This document shows positions 40,596-52,496 of a stretch of 64,000 nucleotides of DNA, piece after piece (positions within the stretch are counted from its first letter, which is position 1; the number at the start of each line of letters is the position of its first letter). The notes under the pieces were generated by a model. That model made no database searches and had not been told where the DNA came from. It saw nothing but the letters and a program-made list of their open reading frames with translations. This DNA comes from Burkholderiales bacterium (GTDB taxonomy: Bacteria > Pseudomonadota > Gammaproteobacteria > Burkholderiales > Burkholderiaceae_C): assembly GCA_018969975.1 (NCBI GenBank), contig JAGWXI010000003.1, forward strand, positions 902-64,901. The letters are read 5' to 3'. Position numbers and translations under genes: made by a program.

Positions 40596-40740
40596 AGTTC
40601 ACCCCGATTTATATTTTTTTGAGTGACGGTAAAGTCATCTTTTCCGACAAGGAAGTGCATTGTAGGGATTTCGACTCAGACGCCAAGCAAAATTTTCCGA
40701 AAATCAATTAAATAATCACTTTATTATTAATTTTTTGAAG

Positions 40741-41505
40741 ATGTCAATACAAAAGAACAGCATCCCATGGATTGAAGAAAACGAACCCTTGCCTTCAGCT
40801 CTAAGTGCTTGTAGGGACAAGTCAAGCGGCCTGTCTGGTTTGGTAGCTGCAGGAGGAGGTTTGTCGGTCAGCAGACTTCATGAGGCATACAGCCAAGGCA
40901 TGTTCCCTTGGTTTTCAGATGGACAGCCAGTTTTATGGTGGTCGCCCTCGCCAAGAATGGTTCTTGAAGTCAAGGGGTTCAAATTACACAAGTCATTGCA
41001 TAAGACTTTAAAAAAATTTACGCGATCACCCTTAGCGTGTGTCAAATTTGACACCGCGTTTGATCGCGTTATTGCGCATTGCTCTCAATTCAACAGACCG
41101 GGACAAAGCGGCACTTGGATTGTTGAAGATATGGTTACTGCCTACAAGAAACTTCACCGTGCAGGATTTGCGCACAGTCTTGAGACATGGATAGATGATG
41201 AATTGGTGGGTGGCTTGTATTTCGTCTCGATTGGTACTGCGCTATTTGGCGAGTCGATGTTTTCACATCGAACGGATGCGTCCAAGATTGCATTGGCCGC
41301 GCTTGTGGCTTTTGCAAAGGAACATAACATGGGATGGATTGACTGCCAGCAAAATACAAGACATTTAGCCTCTTTAGGTGCTCGAGAAATTTCTCAAGAA
41401 GTTTTTTTACAAGCAGTGAGCCAAGCTGTCTCCCAAACTTCACCTCGCTGGGAATTCCTACCTCTATACTGGAAAAATGTTTTCTCGACGCCTGTGATAC
41501 CGTGA
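40741..41505 (+). CDS. aat: Leucyl/phenylalanyl-tRNA--protein transferase
   Basis: [34 protein letters not shown]. Confidence 0.95.
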   Translation: MSIQKNSIPWIEENEPLPSALSACRDKSSGLSGLVAAGGGLSVSRLHEAYSQGMFPWFSDGQPVLWWSPSPRMVLEVKGFKLHKSLHKTLKKFTRSPLACVKFDTAFDRVIAHCSQFNRPGQSGTWIVEDMVTAYKKLHRAGFAHSLETWIDDELVGGLYFVSIGTALFGESMFSHRTDASKIALAALVAFAKEHNMGWIDCQQNTRHLASLGAREISQEVFLQAVSQAVSQTSPRWEFLPLYWKNVFSTPVIP

Positions 41506-42233
41506 CCCACCTCAAGGATCTACCTCTTCAAACACTGCAGTTCTATGCAACAGCACCTTATCCGTGCAGCTATTTGAGTGAGCAAACAGCCCGTTCTCAA
41601 GTGGCAACTCCTAGTCACTTGATCCATAACGATGTTTACTCTGAATTAGTTCGTCAAGGTTTTCGTCGCAGTGGTTTATTCACCTACCGGCCCTATTGCG
41701 ACAGTTGTAAGGCGTGTGTGCCTCTGAGAATTAACGTCGATGCATTTAATCCGACTAGAAGCCAATCTCGGGCAATGAAACGTCACCAACTATTGGAGGT
41801 ACGTGTTCTCCAACTAGGCTACTACCAACCGCATTACGATCTATATCTGCGTTATCAAACTAGCAGGCATGCAGGTGGCGGCATGGACCAAGATAGCGTA
41901 GAACAATACACGCAGTTCTTATTACAAAGCCGAGTGAATTCGCGCTTGGTTGAATTTCGAGTGCCAGATGGCAACAACCCAGAAGGAATCCTAAAAATGG
42001 TTTCTATCGTCGATGTTCTCGACGATGGTATGTCAGCGGTCTACACGTTTTATGAGCCAAATGATGCGGCAAGCTATGGCACTTACAACATACTTTGGCA
42101 AATAGAACAAACGCGAAAAATGGGGCTTTCCTATGTTTATCTTGGATATTGGATTCAACAAAGCAACAAGATGGATTACAAATCACAATTTTCACCACAT
42201 GAGTGTTTGATTGAAGGAACTTGGAAAGCTTAA
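41502..42233 (+). CDS. bpt: Bacterial ATE-like aminoacyl-tRNA--protein transferase (Bpt)
   Basis: PYPCSYL, GFRRSG, YRPYC, SAVYTFY, YLGYWI, KMDYK. Confidence 0.9.
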   Translation: MTHLKDLPLQTLQFYATAPYPCSYLSEQTARSQVATPSHLIHNDVYSELVRQGFRRSGLFTYRPYCDSCKACVPLRINVDAFNPTRSQSRAMKRHQLLEVRVLQLGYYQPHYDLYLRYQTSRHAGGGMDQDSVEQYTQFLLQSRVNSRLVEFRVPDGNNPEGILKMVSIVDVLDDGMSAVYTFYEPNDAASYGTYNILWQIEQTRKMGLSYVYLGYWIQQSNKMDYKSQFSPHECLIEGTWKA

Positions 42234-42256
42234 ATTTCACAAGATAAAATTGCTGG

Positions 42257-43042
42257 ATGCGTAAATCCACTGTTCCTGCCGCCCCCAATATCCAAGTCAT
42301 CGAACGTATGTTCACCTTGATTGATGTGTTGGCATCCAAAGAAGAAGCTATATCGCTCAAAGAAATTAGCGAAAAAACAGGCCTTCATCCCTCCACTGCT
42401 CACCGTATCTTGAATGATCTGGGAGTAGGTCGTTTTGTTGATCGCCCTGAGGCCGGAAGCTATCGCTTAGGCATGCGTCTTTTAGAGTTGGGAAATCTTG
42501 TCAAAGGCCGACTTAATGTCCGAGACGTAGCACTGCAACCAATGCGAGAGTTACATAAACTGACACAACAACCCGTTAATCTGAGTATGAGACAAGGGGA
42601 CGAAATTGTCTATGTCGAGCGCGCATTTAGTGAGCGCTCGGGCATGCAAGTTGTTCGTGCAATAGGAGGTAGGGCACCGCTGCACTTAACATCTGTTGGA
42701 AAGCTATTTTTGGCTTTGGATGATCCGCCAAAAATTCGCGCGTATGCAACCCGCACTGGATTAAGCGGACAAACGCGCAACAGCATCACCCAACTCCCCG
42801 TTTTAGAGCGCGAACTTGCTAAAGCGCGGCAAAACGGCGTAGCGCGAGACAATGAAGAATTAGAACTAGGTGTGCGCTGTATGGCCTCTGGTATTTACGA
42901 CGACCAAGGGCAATTGGTGGCGGGTTTGTCTATTTCTTCGCCCGCTGATCGGTTAGACGAATCTTGGCTCTCCAAACTGCAAATGACGACCCAAGAAATT
43001 TCGCGCTCGCTGGGATTTAAGGGCAATCCCAGTCGCTTATAG
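42257..43042 (+). CDS. IclR-family transcriptional regulator
   Basis: HTH GLHPSTAHRIL, PLHLTSVGKLFL, EELELGVRC. Confidence 0.92.
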   Translation: MRKSTVPAAPNIQVIERMFTLIDVLASKEEAISLKEISEKTGLHPSTAHRILNDLGVGRFVDRPEAGSYRLGMRLLELGNLVKGRLNVRDVALQPMRELHKLTQQPVNLSMRQGDEIVYVERAFSERSGMQVVRAIGGRAPLHLTSVGKLFLALDDPPKIRAYATRTGLSGQTRNSITQLPVLERELAKARQNGVARDNEELELGVRCMASGIYDDQGQLVAGLSISSPADRLDESWLSKLQMTTQEISRSLGFKGNPSRL

Positions 43043-43046
43043 ATTT

Positions 43047-44072
43047 TTAAGTTTGGGGACGAAAGGCATGGTTAACTTCGACCCAACGGCGCACGCGCTC
43101 AGCATCTGTAATTCGACTTAGTTTTCCAGCAGAGTCCAAGAAGACCATGATTAACTTGCGGCCTGCAATTTTGGCTTGCATAACCAAGCACTGACCAGCC
43201 TCAGAGATATAGCCCGTCTTTTGTAATCCGATATCCCAATTTGGATTTTTAATGAGCCGATTTGTCGTTTTGTAATTCAAAGTATGTTTCCCAACCTCGA
43301 CTTGGTAACTTGAAGAGGTTGACATTTCACGCAACAAAGAGTCTTGGTAAGCAAAAGACACCAACGTTGCTAAATCTTTAGCGCTTGACTGGTTTTTGCT
43401 GGAAAGGCCTGTTGGCTCAATATAGCGAGTGTCACGCATGCCAAGGGATAAGGCCTTGGCATTCATGCGTTCAACGAAAGTGTTCAAACCTCCTGGGAAA
43501 GCTCTGCCCAACGCATGTGCAGCTCGGTTTTCACTCGCCATCAAAGATAAATGCAACAACTCCGCTCTGGTCAAAGATGTGCCAACCTTCAAACGAGAGC
43601 TACTTCCTTTCTCCGTATCAATATCATCCTGTGTGATGGTAATGAGTTCATCCATTGGTAAATTAGCTTCGCTGATCACAACGCCGGTCATCAGTTTGGT
43701 AATAGAAGCAATAGGTAAGACGGCTTGGTCGTTTTTACTCAAAAGAACTTCTTGGGTGTCTTGGTCAATGACATAAGCCACGCTCGACTTCAAATCCAAA
43801 TCGTCTGAAGTGGAGTGCAAACCTGCTAACTTACCAAAAGAGGGGCGTGGGGGGGGAGCATTGACCAAACGGCTTTTTTTTACTTTGGCGAGTGGGCGTT
43901 TGGTTTTCTTGACAGTTGTGCGTTGTTCGTTAGCTGCCAAAGTAGGTAAGGAACACGTTAAGGTGAATAAACCGATTGATAAAGCCAATAGTAGTTGTCT
44001 CAAATCTGTTCCTTTAGCTCTGTCCGAAAATGCTGCAAAGTGTAACAAGAATAAAAAATCTCGCAAGATCAA
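43047..44072 (-). CDS. pbpG: D-alanyl-D-alanine endopeptidase (PBP7)
   Basis: ASITK (SxxK), SEN (SxN), KTG; start uncertain. Confidence 0.88.
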   Translation of the reverse strand: MILRDFLFLLHFAAFSDRAKGTDLRQLLLALSIGLFTLTCSLPTLAANEQRTTVKKTKRPLAKVKKSRLVNAPPPRPSFGKLAGLHSTSDDLDLKSSVAYVIDQDTQEVLLSKNDQAVLPIASITKLMTGVVISEANLPMDELITITQDDIDTEKGSSSRLKVGTSLTRAELLHLSLMASENRAAHALGRAFPGGLNTFVERMNAKALSLGMRDTRYIEPTGLSSKNQSSAKDLATLVSFAYQDSLLREMSTSSSYQVEVGKHTLNYKTTNRLIKNPNWDIGLQKTGYISEAGQCLVMQAKIAGRKLIMVFLDSAGKLSRITDAERVRRWVEVNHAFRPQT

Positions 44073-44114
44073 AGACTTGCGAGATAAATTTAATAACCCA
44101 GATAAGTTGAGGGT

Positions 44115-45653
44115 TTACCCTTGAGCCGCTACTCGTTCAGATTTGCTTTGTAATTTGTTCAAGGCACTGAGGTAGGCCTTAGCTGAAGCGACCACGATAT
44201 CGGGATCAGATCCAACTCCGTTGACAACACGCCCACTGTTTTGGAGTCGCACAGTCACTTCGCCTTGGCTTTCAGTTGAACCGCTGATGGCGTTCACAGA
44301 ATAGAGAACCATCTCTGCTCCACTTTTGACATGCGACTCAATTGCCTTGAGGGATGCGTCTACTGGGCCATTGCCATCCGACTCGCCGTGCACCTCGGTT
44401 CCAGCAACAGTAAAAACCACCTTGGCATGCGGGCGCTCACCCGTCTCACTGTGTTGTGCCAAAGAAACAAAAGCAAACTGCTCTTTGTCGTTTAAAACAC
44501 TTTCTTCACTCATTAATGCCAGGATATCTTCATCAAATATTTCACTTTTGCGATCGGCCAATTCTTTAAATTTCAAAAAAGCTGCGTTGGTCTCGCTTTC
44601 GCTCTCCATTTGTACGCCTAACTCTTCCAAACGCTGCTTGAATGCATTGCGACCACTGAGCTTACCTAAAACAATCTTGTTTGCACTCCAGCCTACATCT
44701 TCTGCGCGCATGATTTCATAGGTGTCTCGCGCTTTGAGCACCCCGTCTTGGTGAATTCCAGAAGCGTGCGCAAAAGCATTAGCGCCGACTACAGCCTTAT
44801 TAGGTTGCACGACGAAGCCCGTGGTTTGGCTCACCATTCTGCTGGCTGCGAGTATCTGGTTGGTTTCTATTCCAAGATTTAAGTTGAAATAGTCTTTGCG
44901 AGTTTTGACTGCCATCACAATTTCTTCTAAAGAGCAGTTGCCAGCGCGCTCACCTAATCCATTGATCGTGCATTCGACTTGACGCGCACCGCCTATTTTG
45001 ACTCCTGCCAAAGAATTAGCCACTGCCATTCCCAAGTCGTTGTGGCAATGAACAGACCATATGGCTTTATCGCTGTTGGGAATTCGCTCTCGTAAAGTTT
45101 TGATGAAGTTGCCGTACAACTCAGGTACTGCATAGCCAACAGTGTCAGGTACGTTAATGGTGCTTGCACCTTCGGCAATCACAGCTTCAAGGACTCGGCA
45201 AAGAAAATCCATGTCACTGCGATAACCGTCTTCTGGGCTGAACTCGATATCGCCCATCAGATTGCGGGCAAATCGCGTAGCCTGTTTTGCTTGCTCGAAC
45301 ACTTGCTCAGGAGACATACGTAATTTCTTTTCCATGTGCAAGGCACTGGTAGCTAGAAAAATATGGATGCGCGCATTGCTTGCACCCTCTAAGGCCTCTG
45401 CTGCGCGAGAGATATCGCGATCATTGGCACGCGCCAAAGAACACACCGTTGAATCTTTGATGGCATTGGCAATGGATTTAACGCAGTCAAAGTCACCGTT
45501 CGAGCTTGCAGCAAAGCCTGCTTCTATAACATCGACCCTCAACCGCTCTAACTGACGGGCAATACGTAGTTTTTCGTCGCGTGTCATAGATGCGCCTGGC
45601 GATTGTTCACCGTCACGCAAAGTGGTGTCAAAAATAATGAGTTTGTCAGTCAT
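44115..45653 (-). CDS. leuA: 2-isopropylmalate synthase
   Basis: [34 protein letters not shown]. Confidence 0.97.
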   Translation of the reverse strand: MTDKLIIFDTTLRDGEQSPGASMTRDEKLRIARQLERLRVDVIEAGFAASSNGDFDCVKSIANAIKDSTVCSLARANDRDISRAAEALEGASNARIHIFLATSALHMEKKLRMSPEQVFEQAKQATRFARNLMGDIEFSPEDGYRSDMDFLCRVLEAVIAEGASTINVPDTVGYAVPELYGNFIKTLRERIPNSDKAIWSVHCHNDLGMAVANSLAGVKIGGARQVECTINGLGERAGNCSLEEIVMAVKTRKDYFNLNLGIETNQILAASRMVSQTTGFVVQPNKAVVGANAFAHASGIHQDGVLKARDTYEIMRAEDVGWSANKIVLGKLSGRNAFKQRLEELGVQMESESETNAAFLKFKELADRKSEIFDEDILALMSEESVLNDKEQFAFVSLAQHSETGERPHAKVVFTVAGTEVHGESDGNGPVDASLKAIESHVKSGAEMVLYSVNAISGSTESQGEVTVRLQNSGRVVNGVGSDPDIVVASAKAYLSALNKLQSKSERVAAQG

Positions 45654-45700
45654 GTTGTTAACTCCTTGTCAATCTTTAAAACTTGCAGCTAGGACGCCCC

Positions 45701-45740
45701 ACAAAGCAAAAGGCCCGCTGCATTTGCATACGGGCCTTGT
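45701..45740 (-). terminator. leuA attenuator terminator hairpin
   Basis: Minus strand AAGGCCCG-TATGCAAATGCAG-CGGGCCTT-TTGCTTT, just downstream of the Leu-rich leader. Confidence 0.8.
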
Positions 45741-45757
45741 GTGGATTTGCGCGTACG

Positions 45758-45814
45758 CTACCAACTCCGCCCGTTGGGGGAAAGTAGTAGTAGAGCTAGC
45801 AAAACTTTCTTCAT
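45758..45814 (-). CDS. leuA leader peptide MKKVLLALLLLSPNGRSW
   Basis: ATG AAG AAA GTT TTG CTA GCT CTA CTA CTA CTT ... TGG TAG: six Leu codons (four CTA) ahead of a terminator and leuA. Confidence 0.85.
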   Translation of the reverse strand: MKKVLLALLLLSPNGRSW

Positions 45815-45852
45815 GGATTGAATTTAACACAATATGAAGTACTGTGGGGCAC

Positions 45853-46656
45853 TTACTTGTGAAGGCCCTCTTCATCGGGCTCATCCGTGGAGGTACTGAT
45901 TACACTGGTTTGCAATCCTTTCGCTTTTCTCCAAGCATACAAAACATATCCACTGAGACCGTACATCACAAACATGGCAAATAAAACCACCGGCGGGTGA
46001 ATATTGATAACCCCAATAGCCAAAGCAATGCATACGATAACAATAAAGGGAACGCTTTTCTTCATGCGTAAGTCTTTGAAGCTGTAAAAAGGCGCGTTGG
46101 TCACCATGGTCAAACCGGCAAATAAACACATAGCAAAAGCAAACCAGACCACTTCAGATCCGCTGTAGCCCATATCATTCATGAGCCAAATAAACCCCAT
46201 TACCAATGCAGCAGCCGCTGGTGAAGGTAATCCTTGAAAGTACCTACGATCAACAACTGCCGTGTTGACGTTAAACCTTGCTAATCGCAGGGCCGCACAG
46301 GCACAGTAAACAAAAGCCGCCATCCAGCCCCATCGCCCTATTCCCTTGAGTGCCCATTCGTAAGAGATCAAAGCAGGCGCGGCGCCAAAAGAGACCATAT
46401 CTGCAAGTGAATCCATTTGCTCACCAAACGCGCTTTGCGTGTTGGTCATGCGAGCAACTCGACCATCTAAGCTGTCGAGCACCATGGCGCAAAAAACGCC
46501 AATGGCTGCCATTTCGAAACGTTCATTCATAGCCATCACAATGGCGTAGAAACCCCCAAACAATGCAGCCAAGGTGAAAAGATTTGGCAAAACATAAATG
46601 CCCTTGCTGGGCTTTTGCGGTGCCTCTTCTGCAGATGGTTGGGAGGAATCAGTCAT
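45853..46656 (-). CDS. pssA: CDP-diacylglycerol--serine O-phosphatidyltransferase
   Basis: LPNLFT, DSLDGRVAR, DSLADMVSFG, LRLARFN, FQGLPSP. Confidence 0.93.
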   Translation of the reverse strand: MTDSSQPSAEEAPQKPSKGIYVLPNLFTLAALFGGFYAIVMAMNERFEMAAIGVFCAMVLDSLDGRVARMTNTQSAFGEQMDSLADMVSFGAAPALISYEWALKGIGRWGWMAAFVYCACAALRLARFNVNTAVVDRRYFQGLPSPAAAALVMGFIWLMNDMGYSGSEVVWFAFAMCLFAGLTMVTNAPFYSFKDLRMKKSVPFIVIVCIALAIGVINIHPPVVLFAMFVMYGLSGYVLYAWRKAKGLQTSVISTSTDEPDEEGLHK

Positions 46657-46665
46657 GAAGTTCAA

Positions 46666-47694
<1,029 letters not shown>

Positions 47695-47720
47695 CTAAAA
47701 ATGGGGTAGTTCGGGTGAAT

Positions 47721-48212
47721 TTATACGCGCAGGATGCGCTCGCCACGGCCAATGCCACAGGCGCCTGTTCTGACCGTCTCCAAAATGGCAGAGCGGTCAA
47801 TGGCTTCTAAGAACGCGTCGTTCTTAGAAACGTCTCCAGTTAGTTCCAAGGTGTAACTTTTCTCCGTCACATCGATGATGCGACCGCGAAAAATGTCGGC
47901 CATGCGCTTCATTTCTTCGCGCTCTTTGCCGACAGCGCGCACTTTAACGAGCATGAGCTCGCGTTCGGTGTAAGCGCCTTCGGTCAGGTCTACCACTTTC
48001 ACCACTTCGATGAGGCGGTTCAAGTGCTTGGTAATTTGTTCGATGACGTCGTCTGAGCCATGGGTTTGGATGGTCATACGTGAGAGGCTCAGGTCTTCGG
48101 TCGGCGCCACGGTGAGTGACTCGATGTTGTAACCACGGGCAGAGAAAAGTCCGACAACCCGCGACAAAGCACCGGGTTCGTTTTCGAGCATGAGAGAGAT
48201 GATGTGTTTCAT
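47721..48212 (-). CDS. ilvH: Acetolactate synthase small subunit
   Basis: ENEPGALSRVVGLFSARGYNIESL. Confidence 0.95.
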   Translation of the reverse strand: MKHIISLMLENEPGALSRVVGLFSARGYNIESLTVAPTEDLSLSRMTIQTHGSDDVIEQITKHLNRLIEVVKVVDLTEGAYTERELMLVKVRAVGKEREEMKRMADIFRGRIIDVTEKSYTLELTGDVSKNDAFLEAIDRSAILETVRTGACGIGRGERILRV

Positions 48213-48226
48213 AGTGCCCTCCCCGC

Positions 48227-50005
48227 TTACAGATCTTCGCTGCCGAGCAGCATTTCCGTAATTCCCTTGCCGGCTTGCACCATAGGGAACACGTTTTCTA
48301 GGGGGTCGGTGCGAATGTCTAAAAACACGGTGCGGTCTTTGAGTTTGCGAGCTTCGCGCAGAGCGGGTTCGACATCTTGAGGGCGCTCAATCAACATACC
48401 GACGTGGCCATAAGCCTCGGCCAGTTTCACGAAATTGGGCAAGGCGTCCATATAGCTGTGGCTGTAACGGCTCTCGTATTCCACCTCTTGCCACTGACGC
48501 ACCATGCCTAGATAGCGGTTGTTCAAGGCCAAGATTTTGATCGGTGTGTTGTATTGCAAACAGGTGGAGAGTTCTTGGATACACATTTGCACCGAGCCTT
48601 CGCCCGTGACGCAGAAAACTTCGCTGTCAGGTTTGGCGAGTTTGATGCCCATCGCGTAAGGAATACCTACGCCCATGGTGCCCAAGCCACCTGAGTTGAT
48701 CCAACGGCGCGGCTCGTCGAAACCGTAATACTGCGCGGCCCACATTTGGTGTTGACCCACGTCTGAGGTGATGTAGGTGTCGGTGCCCTTGGTCATGTTG
48801 TGCAAGGTTTCGATCACGAACTGGGGCTTGATTACCGTTTGGTTGTCGCGGTCGTATTTCAAACAATCCCGGCTACGCCAACCTTCGATGGTTTCCCACC
48901 AACCCGCCAAAGCCTTGGCATCTGGCTTTTGTGCGGATTCTTTGATCATGTCGATCATCTCGACCAACACGTCTTTGACGTCGCCGACGATGGGCACGTC
49001 GACTTTCACGCGTTTGGAAATACTGGAAGGGTCGATATCGATATGGATGATCTTGCGTTCGTTTTGCGCGAAGTGCTTGGGGTTACCAATCACACGGTCG
49101 TCAAAACGGGCACCAACGGCCAACAATACATCGCAATGCTGCATGGCGTTATTGGCTTCGATGGTGCCGTGCATGCCGAGCATGCCGAGAAATTTGGGTG
49201 AACTTGCGGGGTATGCGCCCAAGCCCATCAAGGTGTTGGTGCAGGGATAACCCAGCGTGTCGACCAAGGTGCGAAGCTCTTGCGAGGCGTTGCCCAACAA
49301 CACACCACCACCTGTGTAGATGTAGGGACGTTTGGCGGCCAAGAGTAATTGCAGCGCTTTGCGAATTTGACCACTGTGGCCCTTACGCACCGGGTTGTAA
49401 GAACGCATTTGTACCTCTTCTGGGTAACCCTCATAAGGAGTTTTCTTGAAGGACACGTCCTTAGGAATATCCACCACCACAGGGCCAGGACGGCCGCTTC
49501 GTGCAATGTGAAATGCCTTTTTCAAGACCACGGCGAGGTCGCGTACATCGCTGACTAGGAAGTTGTGTTTCACAATCGGACGCGTGATGCCTACGGTGTC
49601 GCACTCTTGGAAGGCGTCTAGGCCAATTGCGTGTGTCGGCACTTGCCCAGTGATGATCACCATAGGAATGCTGTCCATGTAGGCAGTTGCAATTCCTGTA
49701 ACTGCATTGGTTACGCCAGGCCCTGACGTTACTAGTGCAACCCCCACGTCGCCTGTAGCCCGGGCGTAACCATCTGCGGCATGAACAGCGGCTTGCTCAT
49801 GTCGCACTAAGACGTGCTTGATGGTGTCTTGTTTGAAAAAAGCATCGTAAATGTAGAGAACCGCACCGCCTGGGTAGCCCCAAACATATTGCACGTTTTC
49901 AGCCTGAAGTGCTTTAACGAGGATTTCTCCACCCATCAAATCTTTGGATTGCCCAAATGAGGAATGGGATGTAGCGGAATTTTTTTCCGCAAGTGTTTTT
50001 TCCAT
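48227..50005 (-). CDS. ilvI: Acetolactate synthase large subunit
   Basis: GYPGGAVL, RHEQAA, SDVGQHQMW, SGGLGTMG, GMVRQWQ. Confidence 0.95.
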   Translation of the reverse strand: MEKTLAEKNSATSHSSFGQSKDLMGGEILVKALQAENVQYVWGYPGGAVLYIYDAFFKQDTIKHVLVRHEQAAVHAADGYARATGDVGVALVTSGPGVTNAVTGIATAYMDSIPMVIITGQVPTHAIGLDAFQECDTVGITRPIVKHNFLVSDVRDLAVVLKKAFHIARSGRPGPVVVDIPKDVSFKKTPYEGYPEEVQMRSYNPVRKGHSGQIRKALQLLLAAKRPYIYTGGGVLLGNASQELRTLVDTLGYPCTNTLMGLGAYPASSPKFLGMLGMHGTIEANNAMQHCDVLLAVGARFDDRVIGNPKHFAQNERKIIHIDIDPSSISKRVKVDVPIVGDVKDVLVEMIDMIKESAQKPDAKALAGWWETIEGWRSRDCLKYDRDNQTVIKPQFVIETLHNMTKGTDTYITSDVGQHQMWAAQYYGFDEPRRWINSGGLGTMGVGIPYAMGIKLAKPDSEVFCVTGEGSVQMCIQELSTCLQYNTPIKILALNNRYLGMVRQWQEVEYESRYSHSYMDALPNFVKLAEAYGHVGMLIERPQDVEPALREARKLKDRTVFLDIRTDPLENVFPMVQAGKGITEMLLGSEDL

Positions 50006-50260
50006 CTTTAACCTTAGTGAATTTCTACAATGAAAAACCTGGGGTGCTTCTTCACTTACTTTTTTGGAGCAGTGTCAAAACTTTGGACCTGTAGCCATAG
50101 ACGCATATGTCATCGCGCCAAACCGAGACCCGTTTGCCATTTTTTTGTCGAATTGCAACGCGCATTATTGCATTTCTTTGACAGTCTTCATACCAAATGT
50201 CTAAAACCTAGGAGCCGATGACATAAACTGCGCCGAAATCTTCCCTCGGTATTTTTTGAA

Positions 50261-50827
50261 GTGGCCACAGAAAAAGAACTTTCAGATTTTCTTCAAAGCG
50301 TTGAAAAACGAGCATTTAAACGCTCGCTCTACCACGTTCGAGATGATGAAGCGGCCCTTGATATCGTGCAAGACAGCATGATGAAACTCGCGGAACACTA
50401 CAGCGATAAGCCCATTAATGAACTGCCGATGCTTTTTCAGCGTATTTTGTCCAACACCACACTGGACTGGTTTAGGCGTAACAAAACTAAAAACGCCCTT
50501 TTCAGCAATTTCAGCGACTTCGAATCCAAGTCTGACAACGATGAATTTGACATTTTGGAGTCTTTGACACAAAACGACAACAACCCCAAAGTACAAAGTG
50601 CAGAGGAAAACTACGCAAGCGTGGCAAATTTTCACGAAATTGAAGACGAAGTACAAAAGCTGCCCGCACGTCAACGAGAAGCTTTCCTATTGCGTTATTG
50701 GGAGGACCTAGACGTTGCAGAGACTGCAGCGGCGATGGGATGTTCAGAAGGAAGTGTTAAAACACACTGCTCAAGAGCAATACATTCACTACATAAGGCT
50801 TTATTGGCAAGGGGAATTAAACCATGA
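50261..50827 (+). CDS. ECF RNA polymerase sigma factor
   Basis: ALDIVQD (region 2), LPARQREAFLLRYWE and GSVKTHCSRA (region 4). Confidence 0.92.
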   Translation: MATEKELSDFLQSVEKRAFKRSLYHVRDDEAALDIVQDSMMKLAEHYSDKPINELPMLFQRILSNTTLDWFRRNKTKNALFSNFSDFESKSDNDEFDILESLTQNDNNPKVQSAEENYASVANFHEIEDEVQKLPARQREAFLLRYWEDLDVAETAAAMGCSEGSVKTHCSRAIHSLHKALLARGIKP

Positions 50828-51270
50828 CAAGATTAGGCTCAGAATCCATGCAAAACACTCATAACCAATTTGCTTATCGTGTTGTTGCCCACCTAGACGC
50901 AGCAGTAACCGATCTACCCCGAGATATCAGCGAACGCCTTCGTGCATCGCGTGCAAGGGCTATCGCCAATCGCAAAGTACTTCTGCAACCTAGCAACCGA
51001 AACGTATTACAAAATGGTGTTATCGCAATTAACGGTGGAGATGAGGGTCTAAACTTCTGGAACCGCATTGGTTCACTTATTCCACTAATTGCTCTTGTCG
51101 CTGGTCTGGCAACTATCAAAAGCTTTCTCGATGATGATCGTGCCAACCAACTAGCTGAAGTCGATGCGGCACTTCTAGCGGATGATCTACCCCCTTCCGC
51201 TTACGTAGATCCTGGCTTTTTACAGTTCTTGAAACTACCAACCCTTACTGAAAACGAAAAGCAGGAGTAA
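50824..51270 (+). CDS. DUF3619-like single-pass membrane protein (candidate anti-sigma)
   Basis: ERLRASRARA, one TM helix, DAALLADDLPPSAYVDPGF; overlaps the sigma stop. Confidence 0.75.
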   Translation: MTRLGSESMQNTHNQFAYRVVAHLDAAVTDLPRDISERLRASRARAIANRKVLLQPSNRNVLQNGVIAINGGDEGLNFWNRIGSLIPLIALVAGLATIKSFLDDDRANQLAEVDAALLADDLPPSAYVDPGFLQFLKLPTLTENEKQE

Positions 51271-51279
51271 AACTCTCGA

Positions 51280-51942
51280 ATGTGTCACTGGCTCCATTGC
51301 ATATTTTTGAAACAATTTTCACGCCTCTTTACTTTTCTAGTAGGTGTTTTTATAGCTATTGCCGCCCTTGCCCCTCTTCATGCGCAAAGCCTTCCAGCAA
51401 CGGAACCCAAAGCCATCAAAAATACGGGGCCAGCTTGGTCGGAGCTTAGTACACCGCAGCAACAAGCCCTTAAACCTCTTTCAAATTTGTGGCCATCGAT
51501 GACGGCTGCACACAAGCGTAAGTGGCTTGCTGTTTCGCATAACTTTATTCAACTGACAGACCAAGAGCAAATTACTATCCAAAGCCGTATGCAAGAGTGG
51601 GTCGCACTAAGCCCCCAACAGCGTTCTTTTGCCAGACTTAATTTCGCAGGCACGCAGCAACTCCCAAGCGAAGATAAACGCGCTAAATGGGATGCCTACC
51701 AAGCACTTTCAGTCGAAGAAAAACAAAAACTAGCTGCACAACAAAATCGTCCTGTTGGCGGCGGAGCACTTGCCATCAAACCAGTTGCGGCTGAAAAACT
51801 AGCATCTCCTCCTGCTGCAAATACGAACAAACCTTTGCCACGCATTGACACCAATCAGACAGCGCCTGCCACCCTTTTGCCGACTACTACTTCTACTTCA
51901 GCAACTGCCCCCGCTCCTGAGAGTGCTGCCACGCAGCAATGA
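51280..51942 (+). CDS. DUF3106-like periplasmic helical-repeat protein
   Basis: Repeated (W/F/Y)xxL(S/T) units such as WSELST, WVALSP, YQALSV after a hydrophobic N-terminus; start uncertain. Confidence 0.75.
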   Translation: MCHWLHCIFLKQFSRLFTFLVGVFIAIAALAPLHAQSLPATEPKAIKNTGPAWSELSTPQQQALKPLSNLWPSMTAAHKRKWLAVSHNFIQLTDQEQITIQSRMQEWVALSPQQRSFARLNFAGTQQLPSEDKRAKWDAYQALSVEEKQKLAAQQNRPVGGGALAIKPVAAEKLASPPAANTNKPLPRIDTNQTAPATLLPTTTSTSATAPAPESAATQQ

Positions 51943-52496
51943 GTTTTCAATCTGGGCTCACCTCCTCGCAAGCCGATTTACCTGCACCCAGCTTGAAGCG
52001 CCGAATGGCATGCTGGCTTTATGAAGGCTTGTTACTTTTCGCGGTTATTTTCATTGCAGGGTATCTTTTCAGCAGCTTAAGCCAAACGCGTTACGCCCTT
52101 GATAACCGCCATGGTCTCCAGGCTTTTATTTTTTTAATTTTGGCTATTTATTTCACATGGTTTTGGCACAAGGGGCAAACTCTAGCAATGAAAACATGGC
52201 AAATACGCGTTGTTGACATTCATGGCCTACCTCTGACCCAACAAAGAGCGTTCATACGCTTTCTTTTAAGTTGGATCTGGTTTATTCCACCCTTGATCGT
52301 TTCGAATTTTTTTTCATATTCCGGACTCAGTAGTCTGCTGGTGTTAATGCTGTGGATATGGGTATGGGCCTTGCTATCAAAATTGCAAAAACTTGATCAT
52401 TTCTGGCATGACGTTTGGGCTGGAACCCGGTTGGTTCGTACCGAATCCCAACTCAGCGATGATTTAAACCATGAACATGCAAAAAAATCTCAATAA
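51939..52496 (+). CDS. RDD-family membrane protein
   Basis: RRMACWLYE, GQTLAMK, WHDVWAGTRLV. Confidence 0.85.
   Translation: MSFQSGLTSSQADLPAPSLKRRMACWLYEGLLLFAVIFIAGYLFSSLSQTRYALDNRHGLQAFIFLILAIYFTWFWHKGQTLAMKTWQIRVVDIHGLPLTQQRAFIRFLLSWIWFIPPLIVSNFFSYSGLSSLLVLMLWIWVWALLSKLQKLDHFWHDVWAGTRLVRTESQLSDDLNHEHAKKSQ

Noticed and set aside
40660-40690. TTCGACTCAGACGCCA as a possible att repeat of the tRNA-Ser 3' end
   Set aside because: Too short and gapped to distinguish from chance, and no integrase nearby
45669-45884. 71-aa ORFs on both strands upstream of leuA
   Set aside because: Better explained by the 18-aa Leu-rich leader and terminator
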